Shown here: positions 1-8,908 of the stretch, one piece after another
Position numbering within the stretch: the first letter of the stretch is position 1
Layout of the letters: each line of letters begins with the position of its first letter
Source of the DNA: Acidobacteriota bacterium
GTDB taxonomy: Bacteria; Acidobacteriota; Vicinamibacteria; Vicinamibacterales; SCN-69-37
DNA length: 64,000 nt
Direction of reading: 5' to 3'
Assembly: GCA_020853395.1 (NCBI GenBank)
Contig: JADYYY010000008.1
Span: forward strand, 21,889 to 85,888
Notes under the pieces: model-generated
Told to the model about the DNA's origin: nothing
Seen by the model: only the letters and a program-made list of their open reading frames with translations
The model's database searches: none
Translations under genes and position numbers: made by a program

Positions 1-1
1 C

Positions 2-172
2 TTCGACAGCGAAGGCATCAAGGAAGTCGGCACCAAGGTGGAATCGGCCCAGCGCGTCGGCACCGCCAAACTGCAGACGTTCGACAAAGGATTCGTCGTC
101 TGGGCGGCCCCGCCGAGGCCTCCGCGAATTGATCCCAAGTATGGCCTGGCGATCTGGGGCGAGGTGAAGTAG
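2..172 (+). CDS. C-terminal fragment of an unidentified protein (5' end outside the window)
   Basis: Frame is open from the window edge to TAG at 170-172 (...KYGLAIWGEVK*). Third codon positions are G/C-biased. No family recognised. Confidence 0.3.
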   Translation, partial: FDSEGIKEVGTKVESAQRVGTAKLQTFDKGFVVWAAPPRPPRIDPKYGLAIWGEVK

Positions 173-178
173 CTCTGC

Positions 179-1531
179 TTGCGCCTGAAGACGGCGGCGC
201 CGGCCCTGATCAACGGGTTCGTGCGCCGGTCGATTCAGGGCCAGACCGACACCGAACGGCAATCGTGGTTGAACGCGTCGCCGCTGAGCATCGCCCAGAA
301 TCTCCTCACCTTCTGCCGGTTGAACAAGGGCCGCGTGCACTTCGTCGTCGTGTTCAACCTGACGCGCTTCGCGCGTGACAAGTACGACCACTTTGCGCTG
401 CGCTCACACTTGCAGCCGCTTGGCATCTCGCTGCGCTCGGCGACCGAGCCGATCGACGACACCTCCACCGGCAAGTTGATGGAAGGTGTCCTCGCCGCGT
501 TCGCGCAGTTCGACAACGACGTGCGTTCGGACCGCACGCGCGCCGGTATGAAGGCCGCGCTCGAACTCGGCCGATGGGTGTTCCTGGCACCGATTGGCTA
601 CACGAACGCGCCGCGCTCGGCCGGCCGGAGCTTGCTGCCAAGACGCGGAGCGCGCGCCGATCATCCGCAAGGCGTTCGAGGACTACTCTACGGGGCGCTT
701 CAACAAGCAGCGAATGCTCGAACGCGTAACGGCCGACGGCCTACTGAATCGACGGAACCAGCGGCTCAGCTCGCAGGCCATCGGCATGCTGCTGCGCAAT
801 CAGCTCTACGCCGGCATCATCGACGCGCCCGAGTACGGCGTGCGCCGCAAGCGTGGCGACTTCGAGCCGATCATCACCGAAGACCTGTTCCAGCGCGCCC
901 AGGCGGTGCTGTCGGGTCGCATCCCGAGCAGCGCGCCGCGGCTCCAGGCACATCCAGACTTTCCACTCCGCAACTTCGTCCGCTGCGCGTCCTGCAATCG
1001 CGGGCTTACCGGAAGCTGGTCGAAGGGGCGCAGCGCCTACTACGCCTACTACCACTGTCGGCCCGGCTGCCGCGGCGTGAACGTGACGAAGGCGAGGCTG
1101 GAGACCGCGTTCACCGAAGAACTCGCACGGCTCCGGCCGACCGCCGTCTACATGCGCGCGCTCAAGGAGGAAGTCCTGCAGCTCTGGAAGGCGCGCAAGG
1201 AAGCCATCGCGACCGAACTGGCCGACGCCGAGCGCCGCGCTCAGGCCATTCAGAAGAAGCTCGACCGGCTGGACGAGGCGTTCGAACGAACGACATCGAC
1301 GTCTACGACCGTCACGCCGAGTCGCCGCGCGAGGAGCTCACGCTGCTGCGCATGGACCGTCATGCCTCCGAGGTCGAGGATCTCGACGTGGAGGGCGTCC
1401 TGGCCTTCGCGCAGCGCATCCTGCCGCGCGCGGCCGACCCCTGGGTGCAGTCGTCACTCGACCAGCGACAGCGGTTCCAACGGTTGTTTCTTCCCGAGGG
1501 AATCGCGTTCGACGGTTCGGCACTCGTTTGA
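179..1531 (+). pseudogene. Large serine recombinase (resolvase domain + recombinase domain + zinc ribbon), frameshifted and internally deleted
   Basis: Resolvase-like FVRRSIQGQ...VVVFNLTRFARD...GKLMEGVLAAFAQFDNDVRSDRTRAGM is in frame 179. The recombinase/zinc-ribbon part (IIRKAFEDYSTG..., CASCNRGLTG...YYHCRPGC, coiled coil) is in frame 594. The C-terminus returns to frame 179 (IDVYDRH...). So there are shifts near 640 and 1290. The spacing between the catalytic Ser motif and the VVVF strand is far too short. Confidence 0.8.
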
Positions 1532-1592
1532 ATCGCCACAACCGTCACGGCTTTCAGCTACTTGCGGGGAGTTGGGACGGGAAATGAAAATT

Positions 1593-1668
1593 TGGTGGAC
1601 CAGACCGGGATCGAACCGGTGACCTCATGAATGCCATTCATGCGCGCTCCCAGCTGCGCCACTGGCCC
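1593..1668 (-). tRNA. tRNA-Ala (anticodon GGC), CCA encoded
   Basis: The reverse complement folds as a cloverleaf: acceptor GGGCCAG/CTGGTCC with the G3:U70 alanine identity pair, D stem GCGC/GCGC, anticodon stem CATGA/TCATG with loop AT-GGC-AT, T arm ACCGG-TTCGATC-CCGGT, and a 3' ACCA end. Confidence 0.9.
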
Positions 1669-1688
1669 ACGGAGACTTCGAACTCCCG

Positions 1689-1717
1689 ATTATAGCGGCC
1701 GGCCGCTCGACATGCAA
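1689..1717 (-). promoter_or_regulatory. Sigma70-like promoter for tRNA-Ala
   Basis: On the minus strand: TTGCAT (1712-1717), 17 nt spacer, TATAAT (1689-1694). The -10 box lies about 20 nt upstream of the mature tRNA 5' end. Confidence 0.5.
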
Positions 1718-1757
1718 AACGAACGCAGGCGGCTTGCGGCGCCAAAAGGCCCTCGCC

Positions 1758-1787
1758 TTGACTTGCCGTACGCTCCATGCCTAGACT
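1758..1787 (+). promoter_or_regulatory. Sigma70-like promoter for the cold-shock gene
   Basis: TTGACT (1758-1763), 18 nt spacer, TAGACT (1782-1787). This leaves a ~55-nt 5' UTR containing the hairpin GGAGGC-CGC-GCCTCC (1815-1829). Confidence 0.5.
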
Positions 1788-1847
1788 GGGCCCGGAACTA
1801 TTCACTCAGACAATGGAGGCCGCGCCTCCACTGGCAAAGGAACAATC

Positions 1848-2054
1848 ATGCCCAGCGGCACGATTGCACGTCTGTTGATCGATAAGGGTTTTGGCTTCAT
1901 CCGGGACGAAAGCGGCGTCGAGCACTTCTTCCACCGGTCTGCGGTCCGCGGCGCGGTGTTCGAGCTGCTTCGGGAAGGCCAGCGCGTCGAGTTCGCCAAC
2001 GAGGATTCCCCCAAGGGCCCTCGCGCGGCCGACGTCCGGCTGCTCGACAGCTGA
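1848..2054 (+). CDS. cspA: Cold-shock protein, CspA family
   Basis: 68 aa. RNP motifs KGFGFI and VEHFFH are present. Size is typical for a cold-shock domain protein. Confidence 0.95.
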   Translation: MPSGTIARLLIDKGFGFIRDESGVEHFFHRSAVRGAVFELLREGQRVEFANEDSPKGPRAADVRLLDS

Positions 2055-2080
2055 CGGCGGCTCGACCGCACAGCCGGCGC

Positions 2081-2809
2081 TCACCCGAGGCCGGCCAGCC
2101 AGGCACCCGCCGGGTCGCACTCCTCCAGACTGCCCAGCACGACATCGGCGCCTGCCTGCCCGAGATCGTCCCGCGTGTAAGTCCCCGTCGCCACGCCGAC
2201 CGCTACGGCCCCATGCGCGCGGGCACAGTCCACGTCCAGCGGCGTATCGCCAATCACCACGACGCGTGAGATCGGCACGTCGATGCCGGCCCGCCGGGCG
2301 CGCTCGAGCGCAACCGGCACGAGGTCCCGCCGGTCGAGGTGCCGATCGCCAAACGCGCCGAAGGCGAACCGATCCCAGAGATCGAAGTGCCTGAGCTTGA
2401 TGGCGGCCCCGGCCTCGAAGTTCCCGGTGAGCAGGCCGACGCCCACGTCGCGGCGGGCCGTCATCGCATCCAAGAGGCCGCGCACACCGGGCAGGACGCC
2501 GAAGCCGGCGCCCTCGGCGCGGTGGAGCTCGGCGGGCAGGCGCGCGAAGTAGGCGGCCGACAGCGCCCGCACGCGCGGATCGCTCGGCTCGACGCCGATC
2601 CGCGTGAACGCGTCGATCACGATCGACTGGTCCGTCCGGCCGGCGACCCGAATGCCGTGCAGCGCATCCGGCCGGCCATGCAGCGCGCCGAAGGCGTCCG
2701 CCATGGCACGGACGCCGGCGCCGAGCGTCTGGACGAGCGTGCCGTCGATGTCGAACAGCACCAGCCAGGACGTCACGACGACCGTCGCTTTCCCAGGAAC
2801 CGGCGCCAC
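2081..2809 (-). CDS. HAD-superfamily hydrolase (phosphoglycolate phosphatase-like)
   Basis: Motif I LFDIDGTLV and a C-terminal VVIGDTPLD motif. An alternative GTG start at 2776 would abut the upstream gene's stop codon. Confidence 0.85.
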   Translation of the reverse strand: MAPVPGKATVVVTSWLVLFDIDGTLVQTLGAGVRAMADAFGALHGRPDALHGIRVAGRTDQSIVIDAFTRIGVEPSDPRVRALSAAYFARLPAELHRAEGAGFGVLPGVRGLLDAMTARRDVGVGLLTGNFEAGAAIKLRHFDLWDRFAFGAFGDRHLDRRDLVPVALERARRAGIDVPISRVVVIGDTPLDVDCARAHGAVAVGVATGTYTRDDLGQAGADVVLGSLEECDPAGAWLAGLG

Positions 2810-3513
2810 CAGCCGTCGCGCCGCAGCTCGCCGCTGTCAGGCGCGACGGTGGCCGCCTCCGCCCCCGTTCCGAGAACGAACGCCTCGTCGTCGCTCAGCG
2901 CGAGCCATCCGATCGATCGCGCGCGCGCCGCGGACGCGACAATGGCGCCAAACGTCTCGCGCTCGCCCGGGTCGTCGAGCGCAACCGTGGGATGCTCGAG
3001 CAACAGGAGCGCCGGCTGCACGGCGAGCGCGCGGGCGAGGTGCACGCGAACGAGCTCGGTAGCCGACAGCGTCCCCGCCGGGGCGCTCAGCCGCGCCCGG
3101 GGCAGCTCGACCTCGTCGGCGAGCCGCTCCACTGCGGCGCGCACCTCGTCGGCCATCGGATCGATAGCGAGCGTCATCGGCAGCGCCAGGTTCTGCGCGA
3201 TCGGCAGCGCCCCGATCAGCACGGCCCGCAGCGTCACGAGGCCGAACCGATCGAGCGAGGCGAGCCACTCGGTGTCCGTCGCGATCTCGCGCGTGTCGCG
3301 GCCGGCGATCCGGACATGCCCTTCGTCTGGCACGGAGGCACCGGTCACGAGGTTGACGAAGATCTCCGCCGCGGCGGCGTCGAGCCCGCGCAACACGAGC
3401 GTCTCGCCCTCGCGCACGTGGAGCCGCCTGAGGCGCAGCGGCGCCGGCGCGCCATAGAACTTGGCCACGCGATCGATCTCGACGAGCGCAGGCGCGCCGG
3501 TTCCGTTCGGCAT
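2773..3513 (-). CDS. ABC-ATPase-like protein with all nucleotide-binding motifs degenerate
   Basis: Overall ABC fold pattern: VEIDRVAKFYG...LRRLHVREGETLVL...G.V.I.G.D, ...LARALAVQPALLLLEHPTVALD. Walker A is replaced by GLDAAAAE, the signature by LSATE, Walker B D-E by E-H, and there is no H-loop His. Confidence 0.7.
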   Translation of the reverse strand: MPNGTGAPALVEIDRVAKFYGAPAPLRLRRLHVREGETLVLRGLDAAAAEIFVNLVTGASVPDEGHVRIAGRDTREIATDTEWLASLDRFGLVTLRAVLIGALPIAQNLALPMTLAIDPMADEVRAAVERLADEVELPRARLSAPAGTLSATELVRVHLARALAVQPALLLLEHPTVALDDPGERETFGAIVASAARARSIGWLALSDDEAFVLGTGAEAATVAPDSGELRRDGWWRRFLGKRRSS

Positions 3514-4338
3514 TCAGAGCCGCCCGCGGCGGGCCACGAGATCGTCGTACCGCTCCCGGGGAAGCGCCACACGACCGAATCCCTCGACCCGCCCGCTGCC
3601 GTGCCCGTGGTAGTCCGACCCGCCCGTCACACACAGGCCGTGCGCATCGGCCAAGGCGATGTACCGCGCCTGATCGTCGGCGGTGTGGTCGGGATGGAAC
3701 GCCTCGATGCCATCGAGCCCGTGGTCGATGAGCCCCGGGATCATCGCGTCGAGCCCCATCTTGCCGGGATGCGCCAGCGACACGAGGCCGCCCGCCTCGT
3801 GGATGCGAGCCACGACCTCCTCGGGCGGACTGCCGCGGCGCGCGACGAACGCCGGACGCCCATCGGCGAGGAAACGTTCGAAGGCGTCGCCGATGTCGGC
3901 GGCATGACCGGCGGCGACGAGGGCGGCGGCCACGAGCGGCCGGCCGACGCTTCGCCCGTCCTGTGCCGTCGCGGCGACGAGCGGGCCGGCGTCGATCGCG
4001 ACCCCGAGCCCTTCGAGCCGCTCGAGCATCTCGAGCAGGCGACGCCGGCGCTGCTGCTGCTGCACGGACAGGAAGTCGAGCAGCGCCGTCGCTTCGGGAT
4101 CGATGAAGTAACCCAGGATGTGGACGTCCTTCGACCGGTACACCGCCGTGACTTCGATGCCGGCAATGCACACCATGCCGGCGTCTGCCGCGGCAGCCTG
4201 TGTCCGTCGGATCGCGGCCGTCGTGTCGTGATCGGTGACGGCCATGATCGTGATGCCCACCGCGTGCGCTTCGCGGGCGAGCTCCTCTGGAGACGACCGT
4301 CCGTCGGACGCGGTGGTGTGGAGGTGGAGATCGATCAC
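3514..4338 (-). CDS. PHP-domain metal-dependent phosphoesterase (TrpH/YciV-like)
   Basis: N-terminal IDLHLHTTASDG and C-terminal GGSDYHG motifs. Start and stop are tightly coupled to both neighbouring genes. Confidence 0.85.
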   Translation of the reverse strand: MIDLHLHTTASDGRSSPEELAREAHAVGITIMAVTDHDTTAAIRRTQAAAADAGMVCIAGIEVTAVYRSKDVHILGYFIDPEATALLDFLSVQQQQRRRRLLEMLERLEGLGVAIDAGPLVAATAQDGRSVGRPLVAAALVAAGHAADIGDAFERFLADGRPAFVARRGSPPEEVVARIHEAGGLVSLAHPGKMGLDAMIPGLIDHGLDGIEAFHPDHTADDQARYIALADAHGLCVTGGSDYHGHGSGRVEGFGRVALPRERYDDLVARRGRL

Positions 4339-5372
4339 GCGGGACGTTTTCCGCGCGGTCCGGAACGGGCCCGGTCCGCCGGGCGCCGGCCGCGGGGCGC
4401 ACGTTGACGCTGGCGAGCCATGAGATCCCGGTACTCACGAACGAGCAGGTCGCGGTGCTCGCGCTCCTCCGCCGCGAACTCGAGAAACACCCGCTTGCCC
4501 TCGGACTCCTCGAACCGCTCCCCGTAGCGCTGGAAGAACCGGTGCGACGCGCGTTCGCAGCGAATCCCGATGAGCAGCGCCTCGCGGTCCGTGACGCCCT
4601 TGCGGGTCAGCTCCTCGGCCCCGGCCGCGAACAACCCTTCGGACGCGCCCTTGAAGAAGAGAAAGGCCGGCTGCGACTCGAGCCTGGGATCCTGGGCGAT
4701 CAGTTCGCGGTAGCGCGCCTCGAGCTTGGCGAGATGCTCCTTCTCCTCGTCCGCCAGCCGACGAAACACGTCACGCCCGCGCGAGTCTCGCGCGAGCCTC
4801 GCAGCCCGGGCATAGAACGTCAGGCCGCTGCGCTCGGTCGCAATCGCCACGCGGAGCGCATCGCGCGCGAACACGGCGTCGAGCGGCACGGCGGGAGGCT
4901 CGGCGGGCCGCCCGGCTGCGCAGTGCTCGCACGTGCCGTAGATCTGAATCACGCTCTCGTCGGGCCGGAACCGCCGGACGACGGCAACCTCCTCGATGAG
5001 CGCCTCGATGTCGGAGCTCAGGAACTCGATCGACTGCCGGCACTGCTTGCAAATCAGATGGAAGTGCCGGGGATGCCGGTAGGCGTGTTCGAACCGGAAG
5101 TTGCCGCCGCCGAAGTCCACGCGCCGCGCGATGCCGGCGTCGATCATCCACTGCAGCGTGCGGTAGATCGTCGCCCGGCTGATGCGCGGGTCGCGCGCGC
5201 GGACGAGATCGGCGAGCTGTTCGGCGCTGAGATGCCCCTGCTGCTCGAGGAACACCGAGACGATGACGTCCCGTTTGCCGGAACGCCGGCCGCCGGAAGG
5301 ACGATGCCGCTCGACGAATTCAGCGGGAGACAGCATGGAGCGTCGGAACGGCGGCGGGTCGGGACTCACCAC
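4335..5372 (-). CDS. Fur-family transcriptional regulator fused to a rubrerythrin/ferritin-like di-iron domain
   Basis: The N-terminal half is Fur-like (ATIYRTLQWM helix, HPRHFHLIC, CKQC...CEHC). The C-terminal half has two E...ExxH pairs (ATER / EEKEH; CERA / EEREH). The start is uncertain: GTG at 5372 or ATG at 5336. Confidence 0.8.
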   Translation of the reverse strand: MVSPDPPPFRRSMLSPAEFVERHRPSGGRRSGKRDVIVSVFLEQQGHLSAEQLADLVRARDPRISRATIYRTLQWMIDAGIARRVDFGGGNFRFEHAYRHPRHFHLICKQCRQSIEFLSSDIEALIEEVAVVRRFRPDESVIQIYGTCEHCAAGRPAEPPAVPLDAVFARDALRVAIATERSGLTFYARAARLARDSRGRDVFRRLADEEKEHLAKLEARYRELIAQDPRLESQPAFLFFKGASEGLFAAGAEELTRKGVTDREALLIGIRCERASHRFFQRYGERFEESEGKRVFLEFAAEEREHRDLLVREYRDLMARQRQRAPRGRRPADRARSGPRGKRPA

Positions 5373-5459
5373 ATTCGCGCTCGGACGTCGAGCGCCGAGC
5401 GAAGACCCGCAGCCGCGCCATGGTCGGCCTCCTCGCCGATGGCAGAGACGGTCCGGCGG

Positions 5460-5789
5460 CTAGGCGCTGAACGAGGATCCGCAGCCGCAGGTGGACTTGG
5501 CGTTCGGATTCTTGATCGTGAAGCCGCCGCCCATTTGGTTGTCCACGAAATCCACTTCGGCGTTCTTCAGATACCGCAGACTGATCGGATCGACGACGAG
5601 CCGGACACCGTTGACTTCGAAGATCTGGTCCGAGTCCGTGTCCCCGCCGGCCTCGTCGATCATCAGGCCGTACTGAAATCCGGAGCAGCCGCCGCCTTGC
5701 ACGAACACGCGCAGCCCGGACCCGACCTTGTTCTCCTCGACGAGCAGCTCGTTGATCTTCTCCGCCGCGGTTTCGGTCACGTGGATCAT
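5460..5789 (-). CDS. erpA: Iron-sulfur cluster insertion protein ErpA/IscA family
   Basis: MIHVTETAAEKINELL...GGGCSGFQY...CGCGSSF. The three conserved Cys are present. Start taken at ATG 5789, not at the longer track ORF. Confidence 0.9.
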   Translation of the reverse strand: MIHVTETAAEKINELLVEENKVGSGLRVFVQGGGCSGFQYGLMIDEAGGDTDSDQIFEVNGVRLVVDPISLRYLKNAEVDFVDNQMGGGFTIKNPNAKSTCGCGSSFSA

Positions 5790-5820
5790 GGTTTGATTAT
5801 AGCAAGGAGCCCGCTGACAC

Positions 5821-7245
5821 ATGGAGTCGCCCATCCTGGTCGCCGGCGCATGGACCACGACAGCCCACGCGCTCCCGGTGCGCAATCCCTACGACGACAG
5901 CCTGGTCGGATCCACCTTCCTCGCGGGCGAGGCGGAGTTCGAGACGGCCGCCGACGCTGCGGTGCGCACCCGCCGGGCCATGGCTGCGCTGCCAGCCTAC
6001 GAGCGCGCCGAGATCCTGCTGCGGGTCGCCGGCGTGCTCGGCCGGGAGCGCGAGGCTGTCGCCGCAACGCTCGCCGCCGAGGCGGGCAAACCGATTCGAG
6101 ACGCCCTGGGGGAAGTCGATCGCGCCGTGCTGACCTTTCGGGTCTCGGCCGAGGAAGCGCAGCGGATCGGCGGCGAGCTGATGCCGCTCGACGTCGTGTC
6201 GCGCGGCCGCCGCCGCCTGGCGATCACGCGCCGGGTACCGGTCGGCCCGATCGCCGGCATCTCGCCGTTCAACTTCCCGATGAACCTCGTCGCGCACAAG
6301 CTGGCGCCGGCGATCGCGGCAGGCAACCCCATCGTGCTGAAGCCGGCGACGCGCACGCCCCTCTCCGCGCTTGCGCTTGCGCGGCTGCTCGACGAAGCCG
6401 GCGTCCCGAAGGGTGCGTTGAGCGTGATGCCGATGGCACGCGAAGTCGGCGACCAGCTCGTGACCGACGCGCGTTTCGCGCTGCTGAGCTTCACCGGCTC
6501 GGCCGACGTCGGCTGGCAGATGAAGGCCAGGGCCGGGCGCAAGCGCGTCGTCCTCGAGCTCGGCGGAAACGCTGGCGTCATCGTCGATCGCGACGCCGAC
6601 CTCGATGCCGCCGTGGCCAAGATGGTCGCCGGCGGATTCGCCTATGCAGGCCAGAGCTGCGTGTCCGTGCAGCGCATCTACGTGCACGACGCGATCTACG
6701 ACCAGTTCGCGAGCCGTCTCGTCGCCGCCGTCGAACGGCTCAGCGTCGGCCCTCCCCTCGATCCGACGAGCGATCTGAGCTCGCTCATCGACGAACGCGA
6801 GGCCGCGCGCGTGCAGGCCTGGGTGGACGACGCGGTCGCGGCCGGCGCGCGCATCCTGACGGGCGGCCGCCGGCTCGGCCGCGCCGGCTTCGCGCCCACG
6901 GTGCTGAGCGACGTGCCCGCGACGTCCAAGGTCTGCGCCGAAGAGGCGTTCGCCCCGCTCGTGGGGCTCTACCGTTTCTCGGCATTCCGATCGGTGATCG
7001 AGGAGATCAACCGTTCCCGCTACGGCCTGCAGGCCGGCGTCTTCACGAACACCTTGCAGCACGCGCTGCTCGCCTTCGACGAGCTGGAAGTCGGCGGCGT
7101 CATTCTCAACGATACGCCGTCGTATCGCATGGACCAGATGCCGTACGGCGGCGTCAAGGACTCCGGCATCGGACGCGAAGGTCCGCGATTCGCGATCGAG
7201 GAGATGACGGACCTGCGGCTGCTCGTCATCAACCAGGACCGGTGA
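5821..7245 (+). CDS. NAD(P)-dependent aldehyde dehydrogenase
   Basis: 474 aa. Motifs FNFP, ELGGNA (catalytic Glu) and GQSC (catalytic Cys) are present. AAGGAG SD lies upstream. Confidence 0.9.
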   Translation: MESPILVAGAWTTTAHALPVRNPYDDSLVGSTFLAGEAEFETAADAAVRTRRAMAALPAYERAEILLRVAGVLGREREAVAATLAAEAGKPIRDALGEVDRAVLTFRVSAEEAQRIGGELMPLDVVSRGRRRLAITRRVPVGPIAGISPFNFPMNLVAHKLAPAIAAGNPIVLKPATRTPLSALALARLLDEAGVPKGALSVMPMAREVGDQLVTDARFALLSFTGSADVGWQMKARAGRKRVVLELGGNAGVIVDRDADLDAAVAKMVAGGFAYAGQSCVSVQRIYVHDAIYDQFASRLVAAVERLSVGPPLDPTSDLSSLIDEREAARVQAWVDDAVAAGARILTGGRRLGRAGFAPTVLSDVPATSKVCAEEAFAPLVGLYRFSAFRSVIEEINRSRYGLQAGVFTNTLQHALLAFDELEVGGVILNDTPSYRMDQMPYGGVKDSGIGREGPRFAIEEMTDLRLLVINQDR

Positions 7246-7279
7246 CCGGCACGAACGTCGTCTCCGCATTCGCTATGCT

Positions 7280-8908
7280 GTGGACCCCATGACCGACCGT
7301 GCGTCCCTCCAGGATCTCGTCGCGCGTCGCATCGCCACGCGCCTCGTCGCCCGTGATTCGCTGATCTACGCGCCGCCCGAGGTGGCCGACGTCCATGCCA
7401 GCGTGCGGAACCGCCTGGGATGGCTCGACGCTCCGCGCGCCATGACGGCGCGCGTCGAAGAAGTCGCTCGGGTCGTCAGAGCCGCGGCCAGCGACGGCCT
7501 GACGGACGTGTACCTGCTCGGCATGGGCGGCAGCAGCCTCTGCGCGGAGGTGCTGCGCGACGTGCCCGGCCCGCGGCGGGCCTCGGCCCGCCTGGCGGTC
7601 CTCGATACGACGGACGAGCGCGCCGTGTCGGACGTCACGCGTTCGCTCGTGCCCGATCGATCGCTGTTCCTCGTCGCGAGCAAGAGCGGCTCGACGATCG
7701 AGGTGACGTCGCTCGAACGGCACTTCTGGACCGTGATGCACGCGACGACGGGCGAGCGGACGGGCGCGCACTTCGTCGCCATCACCGATCCCGGAACGTC
7801 GCTCGTCGCGCAGGCCCGAGCCGAACGCTACCGACACACGTTCGTCAACCCGTCCGACATCGGCGGACGGTACTCTGCCCTGTCGCTCTTCGGCCTGGTG
7901 CCGGCGGCCCTGCTCGGCATCGACATCGAGGGCCTGCTCGCGTCGGCGGCACGTCTCGCCACGCACTGCGCGCACGACGACGTGGCGAATCCGGGCCTCG
8001 CGCTCGGGGCATTCATGGGCAACCAGGCGGCGGCCGGCAGAGACAAGCTCACCCTGATCGCGGCGCCGCCGCTCGCGCCGATCGCCGCCTGGATCGAGCA
8101 GCTCGTCGCCGAGAGCACCGGCAAGCTCGGCACGGGCATCCTGCCCATCGCCGACGAGCCGCCGGCCCCGCCGGCGAAGTACGGATCCGATCGCGCGTTC
8201 GTGGCCATCGTCACGCGCGAGGATCGCGAGACGCGCGAGCGCGCCCACGCGCTCGAGGCCGCCGGCCACCCGGTGTTCATCATCGAGACCGAGCCTGCCG
8301 ATCTGGGCGCCGAGTTCTACCGCTGGGAGTTCGCCACGGCCGTCGCCGGCCATGTGCTGGGCGTCAATCCGTTCGACGAACCGAACGTGCGCGATGCGAA
8401 GGTCCGGACGCAGCAGCAGCTCGACGTCCGTGCGAAGAGCGGCGCGTTCACGCTCGATCCGCCGCTCGTGCCCGTCGGATCAGGCATCGCGAGGCGTCAG
8501 CACGGCGACATCCCGTCCACCCACGCCGGGCGCTACGTGGCGCTGCTCGACTATCTGCCGCAGGACGCAGCGCGTGGCGGCGCCGTCGCCAGAATCCGCG
8601 AGACGATCCGGCACCGCACGGGTGCGGCCACGACCTACGGCGTCGGGCCGAGATACCTTCATTCGACAGGGCAGTACCACAAGGGAGGGCCGAACACCGG
8701 CACCTTCGTGCTGTTGACGGGGGCGGACCGCACGGCGACGGCCGTGCCAGGCGCCGGCTACACGTTCAGCGTCCTCAAGCAGGCGCAGGCGCTCGGCGAC
8801 TTCGAGGCTCTCGTCGCCGCAGGACGGCACGTCGTGCACTATCACCTTGACGATTCAACTGCCGATCTCCCCCGCGTGTTCGAACGGGTCGTCTCGGATC
8901 TCACGTGA
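7280..8908 (+). CDS. pgi: Glucose-6-phosphate isomerase (the type often fused to transaldolase)
   Basis: SIS-domain motifs LGMGGSSLCAEV and LFLVASKSGSTIE. GTG start. Confidence 0.75.
   Translation: MDPMTDRASLQDLVARRIATRLVARDSLIYAPPEVADVHASVRNRLGWLDAPRAMTARVEEVARVVRAAASDGLTDVYLLGMGGSSLCAEVLRDVPGPRRASARLAVLDTTDERAVSDVTRSLVPDRSLFLVASKSGSTIEVTSLERHFWTVMHATTGERTGAHFVAITDPGTSLVAQARAERYRHTFVNPSDIGGRYSALSLFGLVPAALLGIDIEGLLASAARLATHCAHDDVANPGLALGAFMGNQAAAGRDKLTLIAAPPLAPIAAWIEQLVAESTGKLGTGILPIADEPPAPPAKYGSDRAFVAIVTREDRETRERAHALEAAGHPVFIIETEPADLGAEFYRWEFATAVAGHVLGVNPFDEPNVRDAKVRTQQQLDVRAKSGAFTLDPPLVPVGSGIARRQHGDIPSTHAGRYVALLDYLPQDAARGGAVARIRETIRHRTGAATTYGVGPRYLHSTGQYHKGGPNTGTFVLLTGADRTATAVPGAGYTFSVLKQAQALGDFEALVAAGRHVVHYHLDDSTADLPRVFERVVSDLT

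Noticed and set aside
594-1622. ORF 594..1622, listed as a separate 342-aa protein that runs into the tRNA.
   Set aside because: Only its middle part (recombinase plus zinc ribbon) is real, and it belongs to the frameshifted serine recombinase pseudogene. Its 3' end reads through the tRNA-Ala gene.
4404-7292. Very long ORFs antisense to or overlapping well-supported genes. Examples: 4404..7292 +, 2837..4438 -, 5797..7269 -, 16166..19138 -, 23081..25753 -, 36397..38913 +, 38471..40156 +, 41310..42884 +, 46877..48640 +, 51554..53476 -.
   Set aside because: Their translations are Arg/Ala/Pro/Gly-rich low-complexity strings with no motifs. Each lies opposite or out of frame to a gene with clear family signatures. 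Stop-poor shadow frames like these are expected in very GC-rich DNA.
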